Shown here one piece after another: positions 7,520 to 17,079 of a stretch of 46,565 bases of DNA; the stretch's first letter is position 1, and every line of letters starts with the position of its first letter. Both the position numbers and the translations under genes were made by a program. This DNA is from an uncultured Candidatus Peregrinibacteria bacterium. GTDB lineage: Bacteria > Patescibacteriota > JACMRA01. The stretch covers positions 1 to 46,565 of the forward strand of contig CAKZLR010000032.1 in the NCBI GenBank assembly GCA_937127165.1, written 5' to 3'. The notes below the pieces were generated by a model. That model had not been told where the DNA came from, ran no database searches, and saw only the letters and a program-made list of their open reading frames with translations.

Positions 7520-8716
7520 ATGTACACTATCAAAAATTCGGATATTGCCAAAAGGTATAATGTCTCTAACTCTACGGTAACCAGGTGGATTAGCTTGGCA
7601 GAAGAAGGTAAAAACAACCTTCAATTGTATAAAGTCAAAGGTAAAGTAAGGATTTTGGACAATGCCTATAACCATGCCGAAATTGCAAGATTGGTGCAGG
7701 AAGGTAAGAAATACCGCAGTAATATTGTTTGCAAAAGAGTTAGTGCTCAAAAAGAGTTGTATGACTTACTTAGTGAAGAGGATATAATAGATATTATCCG
7801 AGATATAGAGCAAAGAAAAACAATTAACAGTAAGTATGCCTACATTGGAGAAGGTGCCAAACTGTGGGATCAAGCTTTTAGCTTGGATTTAAGGCAATCT
7901 AGTTCTGAAACAGTCCGTTTGATTCAAGAATTAACTGGGTTTTTGTTTTACACGATGGCTTTAAAGCCCGAAGAGCCAATCAATATAGTAGATTTGGGTT
8001 CTGGAAACGGAATGGCGATTAAACCGATCATTCAAAAACTTATGGAAGAAAGGGTAATAAAAAAATACATTGCTTTGGATATTAGTAAACAAGTAACCCA
8101 AATTACTCGGCAAAATATCAGCAGATCTTTTCCCAGTTTAGAAATATTAACCTACCAAAGAGATTTTGAAAAAAGTAATTTTACTAAAATTATTTTGGAA
8201 AACAAGGCGATTGACGATGTTCCTAATTTAATTTTTCACTTAGGAAATATACTGTGTCAGTATAAAGACAGGGTTAGGGTGTTAAAAAATATCCAAAATG
8301 GAATGAGTGCTGAAGACTTATTGGTAATTGACTTTTTGTTGGATAATGAAGACAATTATTTCAATCTAGCCTATTCAAAATCTGATTTAGTGAACAAGTT
8401 ACACCTCTGGATTCCTAGAATGTTAGGAATAGATGTTACCAAGTGCGAGCAAAAAATAGAATCGGAACCGAAGTTTGGATTTAATATCAAATACTTGATC
8501 CTAGATAAGGATTATGAAATTAGTTTTGATTTGTTTGGCAAGCGAAGAGTGTTTGAGTTGTTTAGTGGAGAAAAATTGATTTTGTGGAAAAGGAATTTGC
8601 TAACTTTGGAGACTTTTTTGGATGAAGCAGATCGAGCTGATTTGCAAGTGGTTAATTTATCAATAGAAAAAAATGGTAACAGTGCTTTGGCTATTTGTCG
8701 TATCAAGACTACTTAA
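7520..8716 (+). CDS. HTH domain fused to a class I SAM-dependent methyltransferase (EgtD/Methyltransf_33-like pattern)
   Basis: The N-terminal HTH reads IAKRYNVSNSTVTRWISLAEEG. SAM motif I is IVDLGSGNG. YIALDIS, FHLGNILCQY and LLVIDFLLD...AYSKSD parallel the EgtD-family pattern YvPvDIS / FLGSTIGN / lllG.D...AY.D. Confidence 0.65.
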   Translation: MYTIKNSDIAKRYNVSNSTVTRWISLAEEGKNNLQLYKVKGKVRILDNAYNHAEIARLVQEGKKYRSNIVCKRVSAQKELYDLLSEEDIIDIIRDIEQRKTINSKYAYIGEGAKLWDQAFSLDLRQSSSETVRLIQELTGFLFYTMALKPEEPINIVDLGSGNGMAIKPIIQKLMEERVIKKYIALDISKQVTQITRQNISRSFPSLEILTYQRDFEKSNFTKIILENKAIDDVPNLIFHLGNILCQYKDRVRVLKNIQNGMSAEDLLVIDFLLDNEDNYFNLAYSKSDLVNKLHLWIPRMLGIDVTKCEQKIESEPKFGFNIKYLILDKDYEISFDLFGKRRVFELFSGEKLILWKRNLLTLETFLDEADRADLQVVNLSIEKNGNSALAICRIKTT

Positions 8717-8779
8717 AAAGTAAGTGTTTATAAATTTTTATAGTACGCTATCTAAAATCCTAAAAGAAGAATTTTTAGT

Positions 8780-9424
8780 ATGCAAGTTTTAATTATCGAC
8801 AACTATGACTCTTTTACTTATAATTTGTATCAATGTATAGGAGAAATCTTGTCCCGGCAAAGTTTTGTGCTGGATGTAGTTCGTAACGACGAGCTAACTT
8901 TGAATCAAATAAAATCTCGCAACTATGATCGCATTATAATATCGCCTGGTCCGGGTGATCCCTCAGATGAAGCTTATTTCGGGGTTTGTAGTCAAGTTAT
9001 TTTAGAAATAGGTAAGAGTGTGCCAGTGTTTGGGGTGTGTCTTGGAATGCAAGGAATGGGACATTATTTTGGCGGTCGAGTGGTTAGAGCAAAATTACCA
9101 ATGCACGGCAAAACTAGCCAGATTATACACAACAGCAAAGGAGTTTTTGCGAAACTGCCACAACAAATTGAAGTTATGAGATATCATTCACTCGTGGTTG
9201 ATCCTATAACCTTACCAGATGATTTAGAGATAACAGCAGTAACCGTACCTATAGAGTTACAACACTTAAAGTTTGAAGAGATAATCAAAGATCATTTAGA
9301 CAAAATCGAGATAATGGGTTTGTGCCACAAGCTTTATCCCATCGAAGGAATTCAGTTTCACCCCGAATCTTTTGCCACAGAAGGGGGTATGACTATACTT
9401 ACCAATTTTCTATTTAGAAATTGA
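8780..9424 (+). CDS. trpG: Anthranilate/aminodeoxychorismate synthase component II (class I glutamine amidotransferase)
   Basis: The sequence has VLIIDNYDSFTYNLYQ, the catalytic Cys in GVCLGMQ, and the His/Glu pair in IQFHPESF. Confidence 0.85.
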   Translation: MQVLIIDNYDSFTYNLYQCIGEILSRQSFVLDVVRNDELTLNQIKSRNYDRIIISPGPGDPSDEAYFGVCSQVILEIGKSVPVFGVCLGMQGMGHYFGGRVVRAKLPMHGKTSQIIHNSKGVFAKLPQQIEVMRYHSLVVDPITLPDDLEITAVTVPIELQHLKFEEIIKDHLDKIEIMGLCHKLYPIEGIQFHPESFATEGGMTILTNFLFRN

Positions 9425-10301
9425 TTCCAAAAAAATTTAGAGTGGATGTGAAAATTCTTTTGCCTGGACCTTTTATTTGAATATCTGGGAAATCTGCCTG
9501 ACCTACCGCTTCTACTTTTCTCAAAACTCTTTTACAATTATCAAACATTAAATTATCTTTTAGTTCTACTTGTCTTATAAATTCTTTCAAAAACTCACTT
9601 CTGTGAAGTATAAATTCATAATCCACAAACAAGTTAACCACATCTCCTGAGTCCTCTAAACTATCTACAAAATTTTCAATTTGCTTAAAATTTCCCATCT
9701 CAAAAATTTTTTCTAAGTCGTTACTCAGAATTTCGTTTTGGGTTAGGATTTTAACGTTTTCGTCTTTATTAGTATATACAAAATCTGGATGTCGAAAACT
9801 GTTTGTTAGTTCGGTGTTACTGTTGACTACTCCTTCTAAATCTAGTAAGCGGATTTCTCTTATTAGTTGGTTACTTAAATATAAATCCCTGCAATGGAAT
9901 GTATAGACAGCTGCATTTATAGAATCTCTAAGAAGTTGAATATAATGCAAAACTTGATTTCTAAACTCTTCTGGAGAGTAACTATTGTTTTTTGGTTTTG
10001 AGTTTATTTGCCCCAAAAACTCGACCCTTTGATGTTTAGCCAAGTCTCGAAACCCTTCAAGGTCAAATCTGTGTTCATTCAGTTGTCTAAGTAGACAAGC
10101 GGGTAGGCTAAGGTTGATATGAAAATTGGAATAATAATGCAGTAGTTCTAAAATATAGTTACTGATGAGCTGGTAATTTTCTCTTGGCGTTTCTAGCAAA
10201 AATTTGTTAGTGTCGAAAATGTTTTGATAGTCTTTATTTAAATTATCTGATTTGCGTATGTAATTTTCACTAAAATTTAGGTAAAAGCAAACCCTAGTCA
10301 T
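9414..10301 (-). CDS. Hypothetical protein
   Basis: This is a 295-aa ORF with coding-like composition and no motif I can name with confidence. Its 3' end overlaps the convergent trpG by 11 nt. Confidence 0.55.
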   Translation of the reverse strand: MTRVCFYLNFSENYIRKSDNLNKDYQNIFDTNKFLLETPRENYQLISNYILELLHYYSNFHINLSLPACLLRQLNEHRFDLEGFRDLAKHQRVEFLGQINSKPKNNSYSPEEFRNQVLHYIQLLRDSINAAVYTFHCRDLYLSNQLIREIRLLDLEGVVNSNTELTNSFRHPDFVYTNKDENVKILTQNEILSNDLEKIFEMGNFKQIENFVDSLEDSGDVVNLFVDYEFILHRSEFLKEFIRQVELKDNLMFDNCKRVLRKVEAVGQADFPDIQIKGPGKRIFTSTLNFFGINF

Positions 10302-10593
10302 CCTACTTTTAATTTATGTTTATGTATCTTTCAACTATGAAGTATAGTTTATATTTTGTTTTTATGCAAGTTTTTCGCTAAGCTAGGTTAATTTTTCGAG
10401 TATTAATGTATTAATAAATAAATACTTTTATTTTGGAAATGAGCTGTAGCCATAAACAAAAAAGTAAAAAAGTTTATAGACCCAATTTTGGTTAAACCGA
10501 GTATTTGACAAATTACCTTACCAAAGGTTCAAAACTTGATGAATAATGTTCATGCTTGATTTACCCTGTTAGTTAACTGAAGTTTTTTAAAGA

Positions 10594-11228
10594 CATATCA
10601 CCATTTACTTCAATCGCAAAACTGTGTCTTTGGTTATTACTCCAGATCCAAAACCACATATAAAGGCTTCTCCCAATATACCACTCTCAAAGATACAAGA
10701 GCTTATAAAAGCCAAGCGAACTGGATTAATAAAACACTCGCCAAAATCCAAGACCTAAATTTTAGGAAAGATCAATTAAAAAAAACGAATAAAATAGTTC
10801 TCTCTGAAAGAGAGTACGACATAAAATTTAACGAAACGTGTCAACTTATCTGTCGCAGATAATACCTGTATTTTACCTAAAAACTTAACTGTAAAACAAG
10901 GTTTGATTAACTTTTATAAACAAAAATTGAATGAATATCTAGATCAAACAGTTACTAAGTTTCCTACAGAAATGCACCTAAGTTAAACCAGCTTAGAATT
11001 ACCAGTGCTTCAAACAGATTCAGTTCATGTAATAATCGTAAAAGGACTTTTTTAGTTGGTTGAATGTTGTATTACCAACTTGGGTTATAGATTACACAAC
11101 AAGTTCACGAACTAGTTCATCTAAAAGAAACGAACCACTCTCAAAATTTTTGGAAAATATAGCACAAAATATTACCTAAATTACGAGCTGGCCAAAAAAT
11201 GTATCAAACAAAAACCCACACCAGCTAA
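10594..11228 (+). pseudogene. Decayed YgjP/DUF45-type (M48-like) zinc metallohydrolase gene
   Basis: The family N-terminus ITIYFNRKTVSLVITPDPKPHIKASPNIPLSKIQELIKAKR lies in one frame from 10594. The signature VHELVHLKETNHSQNFW (11106-11153) lies in another frame. The remnant is interrupted by TGA, TAG and TAA stops and by frame changes. Confidence 0.65.
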
Positions 11229-11303
11229 ATTGGCTTTAATAAAATCTAAACAAAACTTGATTATTTAGACCCTAGGATTAAGTGTTGAATCTGGTTCTGA
11301 TGG

Positions 11304-11834
11304 TTAAGGGTTGCTTACTTGTGGTTGTGTGTCATTCTTTTTGCTAATAACCAAAGCAAAAATAGCACTGAAAATCGAACCAGCAAACAAATTGAAAATT
11401 ACTGATACAAAAAATTGATATATGAAATTAAAAACAGGAGTAGGCTCTCTATCTCCATCTGTAGTTAATTGTGTATTAAACCCCATATCTTGAAATATAG
11501 AAGATATTTGATTTCCAACTTCTAAAACATTCTCAGCAAAAACTGCACTAGCTATACCTGTAATGAAACCATACGTGAGCCCAATAGTCAGACTAAATAA
11601 AATACCAGCTAAAAACCTCTTTTTAAAATTCTCTAGATTATCTTCATTCATTATAAAATAGAGTAAAATTAGATAAGTTACTAAAGATACTAGACCAGCC
11701 AGCAGACTTATAGAAATCATCATAGTACCAAGTGATATAAAATCTATCAATCCAAAAAATAAACCAAAAGCTGTACCAAAAAGGACCGACTTACTTAGAT
11801 TTTGCACAGGTATACTCATAGGCATACTTATCAT
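11304..11834 (-). CDS. Integral membrane protein, hypothetical
   Basis: This is a 176-aa ORF with about 5 hydrophobic helices and no recognised motif. Confidence 0.6.
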   Translation of the reverse strand: MISMPMSIPVQNLSKSVLFGTAFGLFFGLIDFISLGTMMISISLLAGLVSLVTYLILLYFIMNEDNLENFKKRFLAGILFSLTIGLTYGFITGIASAVFAENVLEVGNQISSIFQDMGFNTQLTTDGDREPTPVFNFIYQFFVSVIFNLFAGSIFSAIFALVISKKNDTQPQVSNP

Positions 11835-12204
11835 TTAAAAATTTAAAATACACAAAATAAAGTTAGTGTTAATGATTGTTAATGATTAAATCAATTTAAT
11901 TCAAAAATTAAATTCAAAGTTAAATTCAAAATTTGAATTAGGAAGGAAAAATTTTGGTGATTTTGTCAAGATATTTGTTTAAGTGAATTGATCAAAAAAA
12001 ATATTTGTTAACAACACTCAGAGAATTTCTTAAAGCTTAAAAGAATTAGTTGGATTATTTATAAAGTCAAATAAGGCCGATTAATAAGCTTAATGATGTC
12101 AGTATTGGTATAATTGATATAATACATTCAGAGTATCTACAAAGACTCTTGTTTAGAGTTGTGAAATGAAGCAAATTTTATGTTAATTTTTCAGATTTTA
12201 CTAA

Positions 12205-13986
12205 TTACAATGCTAATAAAAAAGCACCACTATACCAAAGTGGAATATTAGAAACTTTTATTTGTTCAGTTTTAAGCCAGAATTCGGGATTGGTTAAATC
12301 TAAACTAAGTCTAGTCTTAGCCTCAAAATGTTGTTTAAAATTAGTAATATTCAAATCTAATTTATAGTTGTCTTTAAGCCGTTGTAAGTTTGCACAAAAA
12401 TTATCTATTTCAAAATCTTTTTTAACAAAGATACAGGGGACTGGGTTTGGATTATGGGCTGTGTCTACAAATTTTCGACCATCAACCTCCACTTCACCTA
12501 CCACTTCTATATTACCGTGATCGGAAATTAAAAGTATTTCCAAATTTCCAGTATCAACCAATTTCATAATCCTGGCTAGCTGAGTGTCCAAAAACTCCAA
12601 AGTTGTTATTGCCGCTTGTATATCACCAGTGTGTCCTATTATATCTGGAGCGGCATAGTTAGCTATAATATAGTCATATTTTTGATAATTTTGCACAATG
12701 TAATCGGTTATTTCTCGAGTTTTCATCTCTGGCATTTCGGCATGAGATTGTACTTTATTAGAAGGAATCAGTTTATCTTCTTCACCCTCAAAAACTATTT
12801 GTTGGCAACCGTTGAGGAAAAAAGTAACATGATTGTATTTTTCGGTTTCGGCTATGTGTAATTGAGTTTTACCCATCTCAGCAATTCTTTGAGCCAAAGT
12901 ATTTTGACTTGGTTGAGATCTAAAAATTGGATAACACCCATCGGTATGGTTCGGGTTGAAATTCTCAAGGCTTGAGTCTAAATAAATTTCACCACCGGCT
13001 CCGTAATCGTTAGTAGTTAAAATTGTCCAGTTGGCTTGCAATGTTCGATTTAGACCACTTAAAATTATGGTCAGCTGTCTAAGACGATCGGTTCTAAAGT
13101 TAATTAACCAAATGGTTTCACCTGTTTTTATACCATATCCACTTGACACTTTGATAGGAGTAATGGTTTCATCAAAATTATTTTGGGTGTAGGATGCTTC
13201 TGACAGTTGTTCTAGGGTTTTTTGAATTTCATCAAAGGTTACTTTTTCTGAGTGTGGTGTAAAAGATCTAAAGTTGATTTGGGTGTTTAGTTTTTTTGCA
13301 AAAAATTCTTTAATTTGATGATAGGATTTTTCTAAAATTTCTTGATCTAAGCAAACTTCTAAACCCTGCCAATTTCGTTCGTAATTTTTGTCTCTGTCCA
13401 TCAAATAAAAACGGCCACCAAGGCTGCCTAGGGTTATTTTGGTTTTTTGTTCCTCATTTAATTGCAAACTCTGCATAAATTTCTGCCAAGTTGTCACTAG
13501 ACTTTGGCGATCTGAATCCCGTCCATCTGAAATTAAATGTAGGATGACCTTGTCTGCTCCTGCATTAAGACTAGAGTTAATCGCTCCTATCCAATGTCGC
13601 ATATCAGAATGTACACTAGAAGTAGAAAAAAGCCCAAATAAGTGAATAAATTTTGGAAACAGAGCAAATTTTTTGACAAGCAAATTTTTGGGGTCAAAAA
13701 GTTGGTCATCAGACAATTGGGAAAAATTACTTAGCGAAGATTCGGTAATTTGTAGACTAAGCTGTTTGACAAGTTTTAGCCCACCGATGTTGGTGTGACC
13801 CACTTCACTGTTACCAACTAGTCCATCTTCCTGACCCACAAATTCACCATCAGCATTAAGAGTTATCCAGGGATATTGGCTAAGAATTTTTCTAAAAGTT
13901 GGCATTTTAGCGAGACTTACGGCATTACTGGGGGCTGCAGGAGAAAATCCCAAACCATCAAGAATACACAACATTTTGGTAGGCAT
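12205..13986 (-). CDS. gpmI: 2,3-bisphosphoglycerate-independent phosphoglycerate mutase (longer than typical)
   Basis: Family motifs are LCILDGLGFS, NSEVGHTNIGG, HLISDGRDS, APDIIGHTG and ISDHGN. At 593 aa it is longer than the roughly 510 aa I recall as usual. Confidence 0.85.
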   Translation of the reverse strand: MPTKMLCILDGLGFSPAAPSNAVSLAKMPTFRKILSQYPWITLNADGEFVGQEDGLVGNSEVGHTNIGGLKLVKQLSLQITESSLSNFSQLSDDQLFDPKNLLVKKFALFPKFIHLFGLFSTSSVHSDMRHWIGAINSSLNAGADKVILHLISDGRDSDRQSLVTTWQKFMQSLQLNEEQKTKITLGSLGGRFYLMDRDKNYERNWQGLEVCLDQEILEKSYHQIKEFFAKKLNTQINFRSFTPHSEKVTFDEIQKTLEQLSEASYTQNNFDETITPIKVSSGYGIKTGETIWLINFRTDRLRQLTIILSGLNRTLQANWTILTTNDYGAGGEIYLDSSLENFNPNHTDGCYPIFRSQPSQNTLAQRIAEMGKTQLHIAETEKYNHVTFFLNGCQQIVFEGEEDKLIPSNKVQSHAEMPEMKTREITDYIVQNYQKYDYIIANYAAPDIIGHTGDIQAAITTLEFLDTQLARIMKLVDTGNLEILLISDHGNIEVVGEVEVDGRKFVDTAHNPNPVPCIFVKKDFEIDNFCANLQRLKDNYKLDLNITNFKQHFEAKTRLSLDLTNPEFWLKTEQIKVSNIPLWYSGAFLLAL

Positions 13987-14191
13987 AGAAAAACCGAAAT
14001 ATAACCAAGCAAGTTAATTTGATGGTAACAAGGTTGTCAAGCTGGCTGAAAATGATTTTTTGACGATGATTGTGTTTGAGAATTGAGGCGACTAACTCAT
14101 GGTTAGGTCGAGAGAGTTAAAATCAAACGTCTTATGAATTAATTTGAAGTCTTGTTAGGAAGTAAAAAACATCCTAATATTCTCAAGTTCC

Positions 14192-14311
14192 TATGAAAAA
14201 ATAGTAATAATTAATAAATTAATAAAAAATAAAAATAATAAAAAATAAAAATATAAAAATTAATGAAAAAATAATAAAAATTAATAAAATGATAAAAAAT
14301 TAAAAATTGAG
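14192..14311. other. C-free A/T block with AATAAAAA-type repeats, a candidate DNA unwinding element
   Basis: By direct count, 120 nt on the + strand contain no C and only six G. The block sits between divergent genes about 670 nt upstream of dnaA. Confidence 0.3.
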
Positions 14312-14414
14312 CTTGTAATACTTCACTATGTGAATTTTTGACAAAAATTACTAAAACGTAAATGACTTGCGGGTTATTAAAATAATATTAAAATAATATT
14401 AAAATAAAAGTTTT

Positions 14415-14726
14415 ATGTCCGAAAATAGTAAGTTTTTAGCAGGTTTGGAAGAAGGTTTTGCTAGAATAATATCTCTGATTCTGACTTTGATATTTTTTCT
14501 TATTTACGTTGTAGCCGTAGAAGAAGTGGTGTTAAATTGGCTCCAAGCTTTAGCTTGGCTTGGGTTGTTTTGGCTTGTTTATGAAGTTATTTCACTTTTG
14601 TTGTTCAGTGTGTTTGTATTTTTTACCAAAAATAAAATTTCTAAGCGAGATTCTAGTGTGGAGAACAGCCAAAAAACGCCATCAGACAGCGAGTCGTTTA
14701 TGAATAACTTCACAGAAGGATCATAG
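14415..14726 (+). CDS. Small membrane protein, hypothetical
   Basis: This is a 103-aa ORF with two to three hydrophobic helices and a Ser/Glu-rich tail. Confidence 0.5.
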   Translation: MSENSKFLAGLEEGFARIISLILTLIFFLIYVVAVEEVVLNWLQALAWLGLFWLVYEVISLLLFSVFVFFTKNKISKRDSSVENSQKTPSDSESFMNNFTEGS

Positions 14727-14983
14727 TTTGATAATTGTAATTCCTGTGATTGTGGTTTCTGTGGTGATTGTGGTTCCTGTGATTTTTAAGTTTCTATTAA
14801 TTCAATGACTCCCTTCCATACAGAATTTATCTACTTTTTTTAAATAAATCTACTTTTTTTAAACCTTGACAAAGATAGTAATTTTCAAAATGGTGAGTGT
14901 CACTTTAAAACAAGCAGTGTCTATCTGCTCTTTGTTGTTTTTGTTAGGAAATTTTATTAAACCTTATTTGATTCGTTGTAGAC

Positions 14984-16414
14984 ATGCCAGCACTAAAAGA
15001 CTATTGGCCACTAGTTATGGAGGACCTTAAGGGTAGGTTGAGTGCAAGCAATTTTAAAGCTTGGTTCTCGTTGGTAGACTTTGCTGAAATTCAAGAAAGT
15101 GGTCGTAAGCTGGTTATATCTGTACCTTCTGATTTTCACAAAAAATATATTGATAGTAAGTTTCGTAAAGAAATATTTGCCTCTGTCGTCAAGTATTATC
15201 CTCAGGTTATTCACGTTGGTTATAAGATAGTTAAACCTGCTGAAACTAAAAACCAAGAGATTCAGCAAGCTCTATCTTTAGAACCTTTATCAGACGATTC
15301 TTTTGAAAAGCAGCCGATAGACAATGCATCTGAGCCAGAACCAATATCTAGTTATTTACCTAAAAAAAGCCTAAATAATCTCAACCCAAAATACACTTTC
15401 GAAAATTTTGTTGTTACTAGAAATAATGAATTAGCAGCAAATGTAGCGATGGCGGTAGTGGAGGATATGGGTAAGCTATACAACCCTTTGTTTATCCACT
15501 CTAAAGTTGGTCTTGGTAAGACTCATCTACTGGAGGCTATAGGTAATAAAACTGTTGAAAAACGACCGACTTTTAATGTCAAATACATTCCCGCCGAAAC
15601 TTTTATTAACCAGTGGATAATGAGTTTGCAAAGAAAAGAAACCGACAAATTTAGAGACTATTACAATTCGATTGACTTGCTTTTGATTGACGATATTCAG
15701 TTTTTTACTGGTAAAGAAAGTACTCAAGAGATCTTTTTCCATATTTTTAATTACCTTCACCAAAACAATAAACAAATTGTTTTAACTTCTGATAAGCCCC
15801 CTCAAGAGCTTATTGGTATTCCTGAGAGATTGGTTTCAAGGTTTAACTCCGGAATGGTGGTTGATATTACCAAACCTGAATTAGAGGATCGTTTAAGTAT
15901 TCTTCAAGACAAGATAGCTCGCATGCAGCTGATTATTGATGACAAAAAAGTTTTTAAAATTGCTGAAAAGATCAGTACCAATGTACGAGACTTGGAGGGA
16001 GTTTTAAACAAAATTCAAGCTAGAATCAAGTTAATGCCACATTTGGACTTTGACGATCGTGACCTGGACAGTATTTTGTCTAGCTATTGCAATCACGAAC
16101 CAACTTTAGATGAACCTATTAAAGGCTTAAATCCTGAAGCAGTACTTCAAGCTATTTGTCGGATTTTTTCCATTCAAAAACAAGATATAATAGGCAATAG
16201 TCGTGAAAAAAATGTCGCTCTAGCTAGACAAATTGCTTTTTGGTTTTATAAACATGAATTAGATTTAAGTTACCCTGTAATCGGCAGATTGTTTGGCGGT
16301 CGCAACCACACCACCGTTATGCATGGACACAACAAAATCGAGGAATTACTTAAAACTAATCCTAAAATTAAAGATAAGGTAATGATGGCTAAAAAAATGT
16401 TGGCGGGAAGCTAG
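14984..16414 (+). CDS. dnaA: Chromosomal replication initiator protein DnaA
   Basis: It has Walker A GLGKTHLL, Walker B LLIDDIQF, sensor motifs, and the C-terminal DNA-binding region VALARQIAFW...GGRNHTTVMH. Confidence 0.95.
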   Translation: MPALKDYWPLVMEDLKGRLSASNFKAWFSLVDFAEIQESGRKLVISVPSDFHKKYIDSKFRKEIFASVVKYYPQVIHVGYKIVKPAETKNQEIQQALSLEPLSDDSFEKQPIDNASEPEPISSYLPKKSLNNLNPKYTFENFVVTRNNELAANVAMAVVEDMGKLYNPLFIHSKVGLGKTHLLEAIGNKTVEKRPTFNVKYIPAETFINQWIMSLQRKETDKFRDYYNSIDLLLIDDIQFFTGKESTQEIFFHIFNYLHQNNKQIVLTSDKPPQELIGIPERLVSRFNSGMVVDITKPELEDRLSILQDKIARMQLIIDDKKVFKIAEKISTNVRDLEGVLNKIQARIKLMPHLDFDDRDLDSILSSYCNHEPTLDEPIKGLNPEAVLQAICRIFSIQKQDIIGNSREKNVALARQIAFWFYKHELDLSYPVIGRLFGGRNHTTVMHGHNKIEELLKTNPKIKDKVMMAKKMLAGS

Positions 16415-16509
16415 TCTGGATATTTATTTTGTAATCTTGACTAAAAGATTCAATAGATCTAGCCTTGTCAATTGTTGTTCTGTTTTTACCTAAATTTTAG
16501 TGTTTTGTT

Positions 16510-17079
16510 ATGCTCAATTTTTCAGATGTTAAAATAGGTTCTGTAATTAATTACAATAATCAACCTTGTGTGGTTATTAAGTGTGATTTTTTAAGAATGC
16601 AACAGCGAAAACCAGTCAAAAAATGTGTTCTCAAAAACTTGATTACAGGAAATAATATGGAGTACAATTTTAAAAGTGGTGAATCTGTGGAAGAAGCTGA
16701 ACTTCGCAAGGCTTCGGCAACTTTTATGTATATGACTGATGATACGGTCAGTTTTATGGTATCCGATACTTACGAAACTATTGATTTGCCTATAGAGATT
16801 TTGGGTGGTAAAGAAGGTTATCTAAAAGAGGGTTTAGAGGTTAACATTCAATACTTTAACGAGGAACCTATTTCTGTTGAATTGCCTATCAAAGTTAGCT
16901 ATTTGGTCACTCAAACTGAGGATTATGTAGAAAAAGGTAATACTTCAGGTAATGTTTTTAAAGATGCTGTAATTGAGACAGGAATTACGGTTAAAGTACC
17001 AGCTTTTATCAAAACTGGTGATAGAATAATTCTCAACACAGTTGAAGATGAATATGTTTCGAGGGATACTGAAAAGTAG
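16510..17079 (+). CDS. efp: Elongation factor P
   Basis: The 189-aa length and three-domain pattern fit the family. Supporting strings are VKIGSVINYNNQPCVV..., LKNLITG, and the C-terminal VKVPAFIKTGDRIILNT..EYVSR. Confidence 0.9.
   Translation: MLNFSDVKIGSVINYNNQPCVVIKCDFLRMQQRKPVKKCVLKNLITGNNMEYNFKSGESVEEAELRKASATFMYMTDDTVSFMVSDTYETIDLPIEILGGKEGYLKEGLEVNIQYFNEEPISVELPIKVSYLVTQTEDYVEKGNTSGNVFKDAVIETGITVKVPAFIKTGDRIILNTVEDEYVSRDTEK

Noticed and set aside
7105-7560. Two overlapping ORFs (7177..7560 + and 7105..7287 -) lie in the spacer before the HTH-methyltransferase gene.
   Set aside because: They are mutually exclusive, have biased Phe/Lys-rich composition and contain homopolymer-rich DNA. 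One overlaps the downstream start by 41 nt. Neither has motif support, so the region is more likely a promoter or leader.
10594-11228. A TGA at a conserved Trp position in the YgjP-like remnant might signal an alternative genetic code (TGA read as Trp or Gly).
   Set aside because: The same remnant also contains TAG and TAA stops and a frame change. All housekeeping genes in the window are intact under the standard code and several end in TGA, so gene decay explains it.
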